Positions 12,809 through 25,960 of a stretch of DNA of 64,000 nt are shown piece after piece. Source of the DNA: Macrostomum lignano (taxonomy: Eukaryota); NCBI GenBank assembly GCA_002269645.1, contig NIVC01003305.1, positions 40,866 through 104,865 on the forward strand. Reading direction: 5' to 3'. Every line of letters starts with the position of its first letter. Position 1 is the first letter of the stretch. Below the pieces are notes generated by a model that was not told the origin of the DNA, did not search any database, and saw nothing but the letters and a program-made list of their open reading frames with translations. A program made the translations under genes and the position numbers.

Positions 12809-13457
12809 TGCCAGTGCCTCCTCCCCATTATGAATATGTTATATTTTTAATTGCCCAGAGCAGACCCGATTGCAGCAGACTACACCGAAGTTTGCAGAAA
12901 AACTCTGCAGCAAAAAAACTTTCTCAAGAAATCGTATTTTCCAACAAGTTTCAAAGCATTCTCCTGCCAAGCTCAAGTTCACGCAGACAGCTTGTATATG
13001 CGGCAGTGAGGCAGAGTCCCAGCCACTTGAATGGCGTGCTGGCGAGGCCCGAACAGCTATCTGCATTGTGCAAACACAGTATATTGGGCTTCTATTTCTG
13101 TGTTCTTATCTGCCCGGCTCTGTCTATTTCTTTATTCGATTTTCTGTTCTCTGCACAATGCTCTGCAGTCCAGCAGTGCCTGACACCTTGAAGAGCGCGT
13201 TGAGTGACTATAGAGTGAGGTGGCGGCTGCCGAATGAGAAAAATAAGTGGCTTCAGCACAAAGTGCCAGCAGCAGCAAAGTCTGCAGAGTGCAAAGAACA
13301 AATTGGACTGTCTAAGAGCCAGGTGCTGCTAGCTGAGGGCTTGAGGCTTTTTCAACATTCGTTCAATGACAAGTTGGAACCCTTAATTAAACTAATTAAA
13401 ATGCAACTTCTTAATCCGCTTTTGCCCAGGCTCTCGATTTCTATTTATCGCGCTAGA

Positions 13458-14660
13458 TCTCTCCCCATCTCCCCACTCTCTTCTCATCTCCCCACTCTCT
13501 CCCCATCTCCCCACTCTCTCCTCATCTCCCCACTCTCTCCCCATCTCCCCACTCTCTCCTCATCTCCCCACTCTCTCCCCATCTCCCCACTCTCTCCCCA
13601 TCTCCCACTCTCTCCCCATCTCCCCACTCTCTCCTCATCTCCCCACTCTCTCCCATCTCCCCACTCTCTCCCCATCTCCCACTCTCTCCCCATCTCCCCA
13701 CTCTCTCCTCATCTCCCCACTCTCTCCCCATCTCCCCACTCTCTCCCCATCTCCCACTCTCTCCCCATCTCCCCACTCTCTCCTCATCTCCCCACTCTCT
13801 CCCCATCTCCCCACTCTCTCCCCATCTCCCACTCTCTCCCCATCTCCCCACTCTCTCCTCATCTCCCCACTCTCTCCCCATCTCCCCACTCTCTCCCCAT
13901 CTCCCACTCTCTCCCCATCTCCCCACTCTCTCCTCATCTCCCCACTCTCTCCCCATCTCCCCACTCTCTCCCCATCTCCCACTCTCTCCCCATCTCCCCA
14001 CTCTCTCCTCATCTCCCCACTCTCTCCCCATCTCCCCACTCTCTCCCCATCTCCCCACTCTCTCCCCATCTCCCCACTCTCTCCCCATCTCCCCACTCTC
14101 TCCCCATCTCCCCACTCTCTCCCCATCTCCCCACTCTCTCCCACTCTCTCCCACCCTCTCCCACACTCTCCCACCCTCTCTTCAACTCTCTCCCACTCTC
14201 TCTTCAACTCTCTCCCACTCTCTCTCACCCTCTCTCACCCTCTCTTCAACTCTCTCCCACCCTCTCTTCAACTCTCTCCCACTCTCTCTCACCCTCTCTC
14301 ACCCTCTCTCACCCTCTCACACTCTCTCCCACTCTCTCCCACACTCTCCCCATCTCCCCACTCTCCCCCACCCTCTCCCACCGTCTCTTATATTCTCTCC
14401 CACCCTCTCCCGCCCTCTTCCACTCTCTCCCACTCTCTCCCACCCTCTCCCGCCCTCTTCCACTCTCTCCCACTCTCTCCCACCCTCTCCCGCCCTCTTC
14501 CACTCTCTCCCACTCTCTCCCACTCTCTCCCACCCTCTCCCGCTCTCCCACTCTCTTTCACCCTCTCCCGCCCTCTTCCACCGTCTTTCACTCTCTCCCA
14601 CCCTATCCCACCCTATCCCACTCTCACCCCCCTCTCCCACTCTTTCCCACTCTCTCCCAC
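13458..14660. repeat. Polypyrimidine minisatellite (CTCCCCACTCTCTCCCCAT-like), degenerating towards the right
   Basis: Direct reading; the 613-aa SPLSPHLP ORF is a repeat artefact. Confidence 0.95.
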
Positions 14661-15867
14661 CCTTGCAGATTTGCAATTAAAAATCATTGGCTACCCGTCT
14701 TCATCAAGTGACCTCACGTTCTAGGATTAGTGGATCAGCAGGAAACCTGGTGTGGCAGCGAACTACCCAGGTCCAAACCATTAATTGTAATCCAAAAAGA
14801 AGCCAAATATGAATAGAACAAAATCAGTGACCGATCACCCACCCCGCAAACATTGAGCATTTTCCCTGCTTAAGAACAGAGTAGCTTCTTAGCTTGTTGG
14901 CAGTTGCAGAAGAAGATAATTATCGCGGGTCGTCATCGCGATCTAGGCGGGCTTGAGAGGACAGAAGTTGGCAGCAGGGAGGCAGCCACCCCCCCCCCAG
15001 CGCAGGCGGCCATTTGTTGTCGCCTTTCATTTGCTATCCCATATTTGCCGGCGTCCCGACATGGGCGCGGCGCGCAGGCACGCGACAACTGTCACCGGAG
15101 CCGCGTGCCCCGCGTGTTTACTCAGGAGGCACCGCCGGCGCCCGGGGGGGGTAAGCAAAATGGGAGGAGTCTTCAAGAGAGTTCCCGGCTAAACCTAGGA
15201 GTCCCAGAGCTAGAATCTGGTTCGCACTCGGTTTTCAGACAACTAACGAAGCGTACATGTCCTATCGCCAGTAGAACGCCACAGACAATGGTGGACCTGA
15301 CGTTGAAGAAAGTTGCGATGCAGATTTTTGTCTGTGCTGCATAAAGATTGGGGGAAGAGAGTCAGCAATCCAAGTTCCGGTTCTCGGGTCTCCCTGGCTG
15401 AACCCGCCGCCGCCTTCATTTGTCCCAGCAGAGAGTTTTTCCCCTCGGCTTTTCTAACTCCCCACCCTCCCCAGCTGCATGCTTCCTTGTCTTCCCAAAC
15501 CCCTGGGGGGCCGTCGGGTGAAGTCAGATTTCGTTAACTTGCGGATTTTGTTGGGCTATCAGGCTAAATCTGTGTCCCACGGTCAGTGACGTCATGCCCT
15601 GCGAATGGACGATGGGCAAAGCTGATAGTATGTAGGGATGGGTCTGTGGAATCAGTGCTGATTGAACACATTGCCGCGTCAGCCTGTTTGTCATCCCACT
15701 AAGCAGGCTAGATTCCGAACTCTTACAGAGGCGGGCTTAGCAACTGCTGAAGGCAGGCTCAGTCACGGTGCCCTCTGGTTCTCCATTTCACTTTACTTGG
15801 GGATTTCAATGCGATTTTATTCAGTTCAAATTATCCTTACCCATTTCCCAATAGGTACTTTGGGATT

Positions 15868-16400
15868 TTATAGTTGGGATTTTACAGTTGGGATTTTACA
15901 GTTGGGAGTTTACAGATGGGATTTTACAGTTGGGATTTAACAGTTGGGAGTTTACAGATGGGATTTTACAGTTGGGATTTAACAGTTGGGATTATAAAGT
16001 TGGGATTTTACAGTTGGAATTATAGGTTGGAATTTTACAGATGGGATTTTACAGTTGGGATTTTACAGTTGGGAGTTTACAGATGGGATTTTACAGTTGG
16101 GATTTTACAGTTGGGAGTTTACAGATGGGATTTTACAGTTGGGATTTAACAGTTGGGATTATAAAGTTGGGATTTTACAGTTGGAATTATAGGTTGGAAT
16201 TTTACAGATGGGATTTTACAGTTGGGATTTTACAGTTGGGAGTTTACAGATGGGATTTTACAGTTGGGATTTTACAGTTGGGATTTTACAGTTGGGATTT
16301 TACAGTTGGGATTATAAAGCTGGGATTTTACAGTTGGGATTATAAAGCTGGGATTTTACAGTTGGAATTATAAAGTTGGGATTTTACAGTTGGGATTTTA
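15868..16400. repeat. 14-bp minisatellite (GTTGGGATTTTACA)n
   Basis: Direct reading. Confidence 0.92.
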
Positions 16401-16852
16401 CTGTTGAAATTTAGAATACCTTTAAATGATTTCTAGAAAAATGTTATGCTTTATGCATTTTACGAAACAGAGTTTAAAAATATTTACCAGCGAGATTTAA
16501 TGTTCTTAAGCAAGTTGTTTTTGCTTGTTAATGTTTTCCCTAATATCTACCATGTCAGACGTTAATTTTATGCCCACCAAAGCAGAGACAAACTAGCCCA
16601 GCGGATGAAGCAAGTCCAGCCTCACTCTCTGAAGTTCTTTCTCTCCATTTTCTTTCTTCATCCTCCTAAGCCAGCAATCGATAAAGGCTAGAGATGAGGC
16701 CACCGGAGAGCGAGGACCTGCAGGGACTGATTGAGGACGAACTGCAGTCAGGCTTTTTTGGGCTCACAGCCACCGCACAGGGAGCGAGCAGCGAGGTTTG
16801 GCTGGCAATTTGAAGAATAGGTCGAATTGCTGGTGGGGAGCGGCTGGAGACT

Positions 16853-17832
16853 GAGTGACTCACTGAGTGAGTGAGCCATAACTGATGAGTGAGTGAGTGA
16901 GTGAGCAATAACTGATGAGTGAGCGAGTGAGTGAGCAATAACTAATGAGTGAGCGAGTGAGTGAGCCATAACTAATGAGTGAGTGAGTGAGCCATAACTG
17001 ATGAGTGAGTGAGTGAGTGAGCCATAACTGATGAGTGAGTGAGTGAGTGAGCAATAACTGATGAGTGAGCGAGTGAGTGAGCAATAACTAATGAGTGAGC
17101 GAGTGAGTGAGCCATAACTAATGAGTGAGTGAGTGAGCCATAACTGATGAGTGAGTGAGTGAGTGAGCAATAACTGATGAGTGAGCGAGTGAGTGAGCAA
17201 TAACTAATGAGTGAGCGAGTGAGTGAGCCATAACTAATGAGTGAGTGAGTGAGCCATAACTGATGAGTGAGTGAGTGAGTGAGCCATAACTGATGAGTGA
17301 GTGAGTGAGTGAGCCATAACTGATGAGTGAGTGAGTGAGCCATAACTGATGAGTGAGTGAGCCATAACTGGTGAGTGAGTGAGTGAGCCATAACTGATGA
17401 GTGAGTGAGTGAGTGAGCCATAACTGATGAGTGAGTGAGTGAGTGAGCCATAACTGATGAGTGAGTGAGTGAGCCATAACTGATGAGTGAGTGAGCCATA
17501 ACTGGTGAGTGAGTGAGTGAGCCATAACTGATGAGTGAGTGAGTGAGTGAGCCATAACTGATGAGTGAGTGAGTGAGTGAGCCATAACTGATGAGTGAGT
17601 GAGTGAGTGAGCCATAACTGATGAGTGAGTGAGTGAGTGAGCCATTACTGATGAGTGAGTGAGTGAGCCATAACTGATGAGTGAGTGAGTGACTGAGTGA
17701 GTGAGTGACTGAGTGAGTGAGTGACTGAGTGAGTGAGTGCCTGAGTGAGTGAGTGAGTGAGTGAGTGAGTGAGTGAGTGAGTGAGTGACTGAGTGAGTGA
17801 GTGACTGAGTGAACGAGTGAGTGAGTGAGTGA
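16853..17832. repeat. Compound (GAGT)n microsatellite with a recurring GCCATAACTGAT spacer
   Basis: Direct reading. Confidence 0.92.
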
Positions 17833-18264
17833 GCCAGCCATAACCAAGCCGTACTGGGACAATAACCGATGGAGATAAAAGAAATCTATCAATGCCGCAC
17901 AGCATATAGAAAAGCAGAAACTGAACGAGAGAGGAGAGGCAGAAATGGGAGAAGTGGAAGCGAGACGGTCTGTGGGGAGAATTTGGCCCAAATATCAGCC
18001 AGTGTTTACTGCCTCTATTCCCAATTCACCGCCCGCAGCCTCTTTCCGGTTGAGCTTCCTCACCAAGCTTCATGAGCAGCTTGAGCCCAACTTCTGAGCA
18101 CGCAGTCTGCGCCGCTCTCAGCCATCCACTCTTTGCAGCCCTCAGCAGACGAACCCACCAGGCAAAACCTCAGTGCAACAAACAGCCCGCTATGAAAGTC
18201 TGCTGCGATTGTTCAGAAAAAATAGCAATGAGAAAATAGAAACCCTTAAGTTATTTCCTTTTGC

Positions 18265-19849
18265 GGGGCAACTGGCCCCTCTAGAACTATCCGGGGCAAC
18301 TGACCCCTCTAGAACTATCCGGGGCAACTGACCCCTCTAGAACTATCCGGGGCAACTGACCCCTCTAGAACTATCCGGGGCAACTGACCCCTCCAAAACT
18401 ATCTGGGGCAACTGACCCCTCTAAAACTATCTGGGGCAACTGACCCCCTATAAGTATCTGAGGGGCAACTGACCCCTCTAGAACTATCCGGGGCAACTGA
18501 CCCCTCTAAAACTATCTGGGGCAACTGACCCCTATAAGTATCTGAGGGGCAACTGACCCCTCTAGAACTATCCGGGGCAACTGACCCCTCTAGAACTATC
18601 TGGGGCAACTGACCCCCTATAAGTATCTGAGGGGCAACTGACCCCTCTAGAACTATCCGGGGCAACTGACCCCTCTAGAACTATCTGGGGCAACTGACCC
18701 CCTATAAGTATCTGAGGGGCAACTGACCCCTCTAGAACTATCCGGGGCAACTGACCCCTCTAAAACTATCTGGGGCAACTGACCCCCTATAAGTATCTGA
18801 GGGGCAACTGACCCCTCTAAAACTATCTGGGGCAACTGACCCCCTATAAGTATCTGAGGGGCAACTGATCCCTCTAGAACTATCCGGGGCAACTGACCCC
18901 TCTAAAACTATCTGGGGCAACTGACCCCCTATAAGTATCTGAGGGGCAACTGACCCCTCTAGAACTATCTGGGGCAACTGACTCCTCTAGAACTATCTGG
19001 GGCAACTGACCCCTCTAGAACTATCTGGGGCAACTGACCCCCTATAAGTATCTGAGGGGCAACTGACCCCTCTAGAACTATCCGGGACAACTGACCCCTC
19101 TAAAACTATCTGGGGCAACTGACCCCCTATAAGTATCTGAGGGGCAACTGACCCCTCTAGAACTATCCGGGACAACTGACCCCTCTAAAACTATCTGGGG
19201 CAACTGACCCCCTATAAGTATCTGAGGGGCAACTGACCCCTATAAGTATCTGAGGGGCAACTGACCCCCTATAAGTATCTGAGGGGCAACTGACCCCCTA
19301 TAAGTATCTGAGGGGCAACTGACCCCCTATAAGTATCTGAGGGGCAACTGACCCCCTATAAGTATCTGAGGGGCAACTGACCCCTATAAGTATCTGAGGG
19401 GCAACTGACCCCCTATAAGTATCTGAGGGGCAACTGACCCCCTATAAGTATCTGAGGGGCAACTGACCCCTATAAGTATCTGAGGGGCAACTGACCCCCT
19501 ATAAGTATCTGAGGGGCAACTGACCCCCTATAAGTATCTGAGGGGCAACTGACACCCTATAAGTATCTGAGGGGCAACTGACCCCTATAAGTATCTGAGG
19601 GGCAACTGACCCCCCTATAAGTATCTGAGGGGCAACTGACCCCCTATAAGTATCTGAGGGGCAACTGACCCCCCTATAAGTATCTGAGGGGCAACTGACC
19701 CCCTATAAGTATCTGAGGGGCAACTGACCCCCTATAAGTATCTGAGGGGCAACTGACCCCCCTATAAGTATCTGAGGGGCAACTGACCCCCCTATAAGTA
19801 TCTGAGGGGCAACTGACCCCCCTATAAGTATCTGAGGGGCAACTGACCC
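18265..19849. repeat. 28-30-bp minisatellite with two unit variants and higher-order structure
   Basis: Unit A ggggcaactgacccctctagaactatcc/t; unit B ggggcaactgaccccctataagtatctga. Confidence 0.95.
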
Positions 19850-20543
19850 AACCTCAAGAGTCAGAAGCAGTCGACTTCATTACCCCAGCCCTGTGAAAGT
19901 GTTTAGCAAGTTGTAAAAGGAACGCTTGTACTCAAGCATTAGTCGCATAACTGTTAACAATAGTAAGACTCAAGAACCTTGACAGCTGAGTGAGGCAAAG
20001 GCAATTTGAGAGCAACAGAAAGAAACGAAGCAGGACGAGTAAAACAGTAAAGAAAAGTTGCTCTGGTTGCAAACAGCAAAGCCAATTTCAGCACGAGTGG
20101 CTCGCTTTCGCAATTGTCTAAAGCTAAAAGGCCTCCCTAGCCTCCAAGGCTCGCGCAGGGCATGTGCGACAGGCAGCCTCGCTGCTTAATCAAACAGGAC
20201 TGGTTAACAAGCTTTTCCGAAGCACCGCGTGGGGCCCCGACATCTCAGCTTCTCTCTCTCTGTCCCCCACCTTCCCCGCTTTGGCCCAGCTGTGAGGGCG
20301 CACTGGAATGCAGACCATATAAGCTATTAAATGCGGGGCCAGGGGGAATGAGAGAAAACAGTTTCTTCAATTGCTTGCCAGCTCTCTCTCATTCTAAGCC
20401 TGTCTGCAGCACCACTGGGGCAGACGGAGTGTGCGGATTTAGCGGGTATACGGACTGCTGGCAGATAAGATATGCCATGGGGTGTTTACGGCCTTGACCA
20501 GAGTACAGGGCTGTCACTTCACAGTTCCTAGCTGGTCTGCTGT

Positions 20544-21725
20544 ATGTGGTCTGGTGAGTGACCCATGTGGTCTGGTGAGTGTGTGACCCATGTGGTCTGG
20601 TGAGTGTGTGACCCATGTGGTCTGGTGAGTGAGTGACCCATGTGGTCTGGTGAGTGTGTGACCCATGTGGTCTGGTGAGTGTGTGACCCATGTGGTCTGG
20701 TGAGTGTGTGACCCATGTGGTCTGGTGAGTGTGTGATCCATGTGGTCTGGTGAGTGTGTGACCCATGTGGACTGGTGAGTGTGTGGCCTATGTGGTCTGG
20801 TGAGTGTGTGACCCATGTGGTCTGGTGAGTGTGTGGCCCATGTGGTCTGGTGAGTGTGTGACCCATGTGGACTGGTGAGTGTGTGGCCTATGTGGTCTGG
20901 TGAGTGTGTGACCTATGTGGTCTGGTGAGTGTGTGACCCATGTGGTCTGGTGAGTGAGTGACCCATGTGGTCTGGTGAGTGTGTGACCCATGTGGTCTGG
21001 TGAGTGTGTGACCCATGTGGTCTGGTGAGTGAGAGACCCATGTGGTCTGGTGAGTGTGTGACCCATGTGGTCTGGTGAGTGTGTGACCCATGTGGTCTGG
21101 TGAGTGTGTGACCCATGTGGTCTGGTGAGTCTGTGACCCATGTGGTCTGGTGAGTGTGTGACCCATGTGGTCTGGTGAGTGTGTGACCCATGTGGTCTGG
21201 TGAGTGTGTGACCCATGTGGTCTGGTGAGTGTGTGACCCATGTGGTCTGGTGAGTGAGTGACCCATGTGGACTGGTGAGTGTGTGGCCTATGTGGTCTGG
21301 TGAGTGTGTGACCCATGTGGTCTGGTGAGTGTGTGACCCATGTGGTCTGGTGAGTGTGTGACCCATGTGGTCTGGTGAGTGAGTGACCCATGTGGTCTGG
21401 TGAGTGTGTGGCCTATGTGGTCTGGTGAGTGTGTGACCCATGTGGTCTGGTGAGTGTGTGACCCATGTGGTCTGGTGAGTGAGTGACCCATGTGGTCTGG
21501 TGAGTGTGTGACCCATGTGGTCTGGTGAGTGTGTGACCCATGTGGTCTGGTGAGTGAGTGACCCATGTGGTCTGGTGAGTGTGTGACCCATGTGGTCTGG
21601 TGAGTGTGTGACCCATGTGGTCTGGTGAGTGTGTGACCCATGTGGTCTGGTGAGTGAGTGACCCTTGTGGTCTGGTGAGTGTGTGACCCATGTGGTCTGG
21701 TGAGTGTGTGACCCATGTGGTCTGG
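20544..21725. repeat. 25-bp minisatellite (ATGTGGTCTGGTGAGTGTGTGACCC)n, about 47 copies
   Basis: Direct reading; followed by three copies of an unrelated 25-bp unit (ggcctactcagtgcctgatgcccat) to about 21806. Confidence 0.95.
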
Positions 21726-22519
21726 TCCGTGGCCTACTCAGCGCCTGATGCCCATGGCCTACTCAGTGCCTGATGCCCATGGCCTACTCAGTGCCTGATG
21801 CCCATGACAGTGTTTGATGTCAAATGAAAATTCGCAATCAGACAACAGCAACCCGAATCCGAGTTTCATTTATGGTTCAGAAGGGAAGGAAAAGTGCTGT
21901 AGACAAAAATTGCATTATAAATTTATTAATATAGTAAAGTGAACATAAAAATGACAAAGTTGAAGGCATAAAACACACACTTAGACAACAGTCGCACAGT
22001 ATAAGCTGAGTTAGTATCAAATAGTTAACAAAAGCAATTGGAAAGAGCTGATGCTCAGTATAAACTGTGTCATGTGTAAGCTTTTTTATTGTGCCTCAGG
22101 AAAGAAAAACTCGAAACAGAAGAAGACTATGCCAAAAAAAGAAATCAAGCTGTCAGTATGACATGTCAAGCTGTCAAGCAATCACTACTGTCAGTAGCCT
22201 ATTGCACAATAATTCCGTGAATTGTTGTAAATAATAGCAGAGTATTAAATTGAAAAATTAAGACTAATAAAGCTAAGAAACAGAGCTATGCATGTGTATA
22301 ATCCAATCATAAGCGAGAGAGACAGACAGTCTATCCTATCTGTAATTACAGCATATTGTGGAGTAGGACAGGTCAAAACAGGGAAGGCCTGAGTCAAAAC
22401 AACAAAAATCAATAGATAACTTGATTAGTAGTATAATTAACAGCAGTTAAAGACAGTTTGACATGTCAAAAACGATTTTGAGTGGCAATGCCACGCCAAG
22501 TGAAAGTGAGGGAGGGTCA

Positions 22520-22873
22520 CTATCAGAGGGGGCAATGTCAGGGGGCAATGCAAGGAGGGGGCAATGCCAGGAGGGGGCAATGCAAGGAGGGGGCAATACA
22601 AGGAGGGGGCAATGTCAGGAGGGGGCACTGTCAGGGGCAATGCCAGGAGGAGGCAATGTCAGGAGCGGGCACTGTCAGGGGCAATGCCAGGAGGAGGCAA
22701 TGTCAGGAGCGGGCACTGTCAGGGGCAATGCCAGGAGGAGGCAATGTCAGGAGGGGGCAATGTCAAGAGGGGGCACTGTCAGGGGCAATGTCAGGAGGGG
22801 GCAATGTCAGGAGGGGGCAATGTCAGGAGGGGGCAATGCCAGGAGGGGGCAATGCCAGGAGGGGGCAATGCCA
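22520..22873. repeat. About 17-bp minisatellite (GGCAATGTCAGGAGGGG)n starting immediately after the NOSTRIN-like stop codon
   Basis: Direct reading; abuts the TGA at 22875-22877. Confidence 0.9.
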
Positions 22874-22874
22874 A

Positions 22875-23672
22875 TCAGAAGTCCTCGGCATAGGAGCCGG
22901 GAAAGATGCCCCTGTTGCCGAGCCACCAGCCGTCGGCGCACTTCTCCAGCACGCTGACGACGTCGCCCTCGCGCAGGCTGAGCTCGTCATCGCCTGTGGC
23001 TGGATAGTCGAACAGGGCGCGGGCCCAGCCGCAAACTCGAACAGCTGCGTCCGCTGCATCAACCGACTCAGCTTCAGCTGGCGACTCTGACTCCGGCTCC
23101 TCAGCCGTGGTGCTCAGCTGAGTCGGGTGCGGGGGCGGCAGCGGAGCGCGCTGGCGCCGGGCGGAGGTCGGTGGCGCGGTGTCCGAAGCTTGGCACTGCG
23201 GCAAGTCCAGCTGTGCGTAGGTCGGATCGTCCAGATCGTCAGCACTGTCGGTCAGGTGTCGGCCGTTCAACAGTCCGCCGGATGCGGCCTCTCGACTGAC
23301 ATCGTCAGCACCGTAGTCGCGAAGGTCCGGCAGAGCGGCCGCGCCGGCGGAGGCGGCCGTGGCGTGGCCGGCTGCAGTGGAGGAGTTGTTGGAAGAATCA
23401 GCTGACTGAGCAGAGGAGGCGCGGCGCAGGGCTGGCGCCAGCCGGAGCACCGTCTGCGGCATGCCCAGGCGGTCCTTGCTGCGCTCCAGACAGTGCGCCA
23501 GGCTGAACACCGGCCTGCAGGGCGGCGGCGACCCGGCCAGGGCGTGCAGCGCCAGCTCCTGCTTGTAGCGGGAGGCCTCCAGGAACAGCAGGGTGGAGCT
23601 GATGCTGGCCAGCTTGGAGGCGGCCTCGTGCTGCGATGCTGCCTCGGCGAAGCCCGGACTGCTGCTGTACAC
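22875..23672 (-). CDS. NOSTRIN: NOSTRIN-like protein, last exon (end of HR1 region and SH3 domain)
   Basis: Acceptor ccgcag|[17 protein letters not shown]...[10 protein letters not shown] parallels NOSTRIN YSSNSSFSDAKSQ...LDLLEANSYK. C-terminal SH3 [45 protein letters not shown], then stop TGA. Confidence 0.9.
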   Translation of the reverse strand: MYSSSPGFAEAASQHEAASKLASISSTLLFLEASRYKQELALHALAGSPPPCRPVFSLAHCLERSKDRLGMPQTVLRLAPALRRASSAQSADSSNNSSTAAGHATAASAGAAALPDLRDYGADDVSREAASGGLLNGRHLTDSADDLDDPTYAQLDLPQCQASDTAPPTSARRQRAPLPPPHPTQLSTTAEEPESESPAEAESVDAADAAVRVCGWARALFDYPATGDDELSLREGDVVSVLEKCADGWWLGNRGIFPGSYAEDF

Positions 23673-23959
23673 CTGCGGAGAGTGGCGCCGGGTTGATTAT
23701 AGTAGTAATTCGCTTTAATGGCTACTTCCAGTAGGAAAATGCCAGCAAAAATTAAGAAAGCCAGTCACATATTCAAACTAGTGTATCGCCAGCCACAGAT
23801 ATTATCGATTCACATTAATTTTGATGAAAAGCCATTGATATTATCGTATTACGTTAATATTAAAAGCATTAATATTACCTATTTACTTTAACTTGGATAG
23901 AACCATCAATATCAGTGTTTTAGTTGTCCCTGACCATTAATATTATAACTTTATTATCA

Positions 23960-24685
23960 ATATTATCAATTTACGTTAACTTTGATAAATCCATTAATAT
24001 TATCGATTTACGTTAACTTTGATAAAACCATTAATATTATCGATTTACGTTAACTTTGATAAAACCATTAATATTATCGATTTACGTTAACTTTGATAAA
24101 ACCATTAATATTATCGATTTACGTTAACTTTGATAAAAACATTAATATTGTCGATTTACGTTAACTTTGATAAAACCATTAATATTATCGATTTACGTTA
24201 ACTTTGATAAAACCATTAATATTATCGATTTACGCTAACTTTGATAAAACCATTAATATTATCGATTTACGCTAACTTTGATAAAACCATTAATATTATC
24301 GATTTACGCTAACTTTGATAAAACCATTAATATTATCGATTTACGTTAACTTTGATAAAACCATTAATATTATCGATTTACGTTAACTTTGATAAAACCA
24401 TTAATATTATCGATTTACGCTAACTTTGATAAAACCATTAATATTATCGATTTACGCTAACTTTGATAAAACCATTAATATTATCGATTTACGTTAACTT
24501 TGATAAAACCATTAATATTATCGATTTACGTTAACTCTGATAAAACCATTAATATTATCGATTTACGCTAACTCTGATAAAACCATTAATATTATCGATT
24601 TACGCTAACTCTGATAAAAACATTAATATTATCGATTTACGTTAACTTTGATAAAACCATTAATATTATCGATTTACGTTAACTT
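23960..24685. repeat. 37-bp AT-rich minisatellite, about 19 copies, intronic
   Basis: Unit aatattatcgatttacgttaactttgataaaaccatt. Confidence 0.95.
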
Positions 24686-24757
24686 CAAAAGCAACCAAGA
24701 TAAACAATAGAATCGATAAAAAATAACACAATAAATATCGAAAGCAGACCCGCTCAC

Positions 24758-25114
24758 CTGAATCAACTTTTCCACTCCCTCTCTGCCCTTAATCTCCCGC
24801 TCAATGTCAGCACAGATCATGGCAGTGTAGGACCTCAGCGCGGTCTCCCTGCGGCAGCGGTCCATCGGATTATTTAAATCTTCGGCGTAGCTCTCGAACA
24901 GCAGCTGCTCGCTGGCCTGCAGCAGGGCGCCGCGCTGCTCAACCACGGTGCCAATGTCAGCCTCGATGTCTGCGCCCGAGAGGCAGCGGTGCAGTCGGCC
25001 GCTGAGCTGGGCGTAGGCCGGCGCCAGCTGGTCCACCCGGCGCTGGTAGCGCTCCAGCATCTCGTGCGTCTGGCGCAGTCGGTCAGTTTCCAGAGCCTGC
25101 AGCTGCTCCGAGCC
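24758..25114 (-). CDS. NOSTRIN: NOSTRIN-like exon 5 (F-BAR end and HR1 start)
   Basis: ccccag|GGC ... CAG|gtgagc, 357 bp, phase 0-0. EQLLFESYAEDLNNPMDRCRRE...DIEREIKGREGVEKL matches NOSTRIN LLTDYFEEDPNNPMDKERR...DIEKASRDKEGLERM as I recall it. Confidence 0.9.
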
Positions 25115-25279
25115 CTGGGGGGATGGGGATATTTGGCGTCCACTGACTTTTCTTCAGTTGATTTAACACCTAACTAGTACATTTCTAAGGGGATCGTCAC
25201 ATGACCCTAGCGTGATCTGCAGATAGTCAAATTATCCTTGAGATCTCCAGACTCTTGATGATTCTATTAAATTGTAAGT

Positions 25280-25960
25280 AGTCACGTGAAGTGTCGATTT
25301 AATTGTAATTAAAAGTGGTCACGTGACCCCTGTCGATTCGATTCCATTCAATTTCTAAAAGTGATCACGTGACCCTTGTTGATTCAATTCCATTTCTTAT
25401 TCCTGTCGATTCGATTCTATTTCTTAAAGTGGTCACGTGACCCCTGTCGATTCGATTCCATTCAATTTCTAAAAGTGATCACGTGACCCCTGTTGATTCA
25501 ATTCCATTTAATTTCTAAAAGTGGTCACGTGACCCCTGTCGATTCGATTCGATTCTATTTCTTAAAGTGGTCACGTGACCCCTGTTGATTCGATTCCATT
25601 CAATTTCTAAAAGTGGTCATGTGACCCCTGTCGGTTCGATTCCATTCAATTTCTAAAAGTGGTCACGTGACCCCTGTTGATTCGATTCGATTCTATTTCT
25701 AAAAGTGATCACGTGACCCCTGTTGATTCAATTCAATTTCTTAAAGTGGTCACGTGACCCCTGTTGATTCAATTCAATTTCTTAAAGTGGTCACGTGACC
25801 CCTGTCGATTCGATTCCATTCAATTTCTAAAAGTGGTCACGTGACCCCTGTTAATTCGATTCGATTCTATTTCTAAAAGTGATCACGTGACCCCTGTTGA
25901 TTCAATTCAATTTCTTAAAGTGGTCACGTGACCCCTGTCAATTCAGTTTCTAAAGGTCAT
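25280..25960. repeat. About 40-47-bp minisatellite carrying 14 TCACGTGA E-box palindromes
   Basis: Unit aaagtggtcacgtgacccctgt(c/t)gattc...atttct. Confidence 0.93.

Noticed and set aside
12870-14711. 613-aa ORF
   Set aside because: Most of it is the polypyrimidine repeat; the unique N-terminal part shows no domain or consistent splice pattern.
16670-16850. Short plus-strand ORF MRPPESEDLQGLIEDELQSG after a polypyrimidine tract, and a coding-looking stretch at 17890-18090
   Set aside because: Short, bounded by stops, with no recognisable homology or consistent exon chain.
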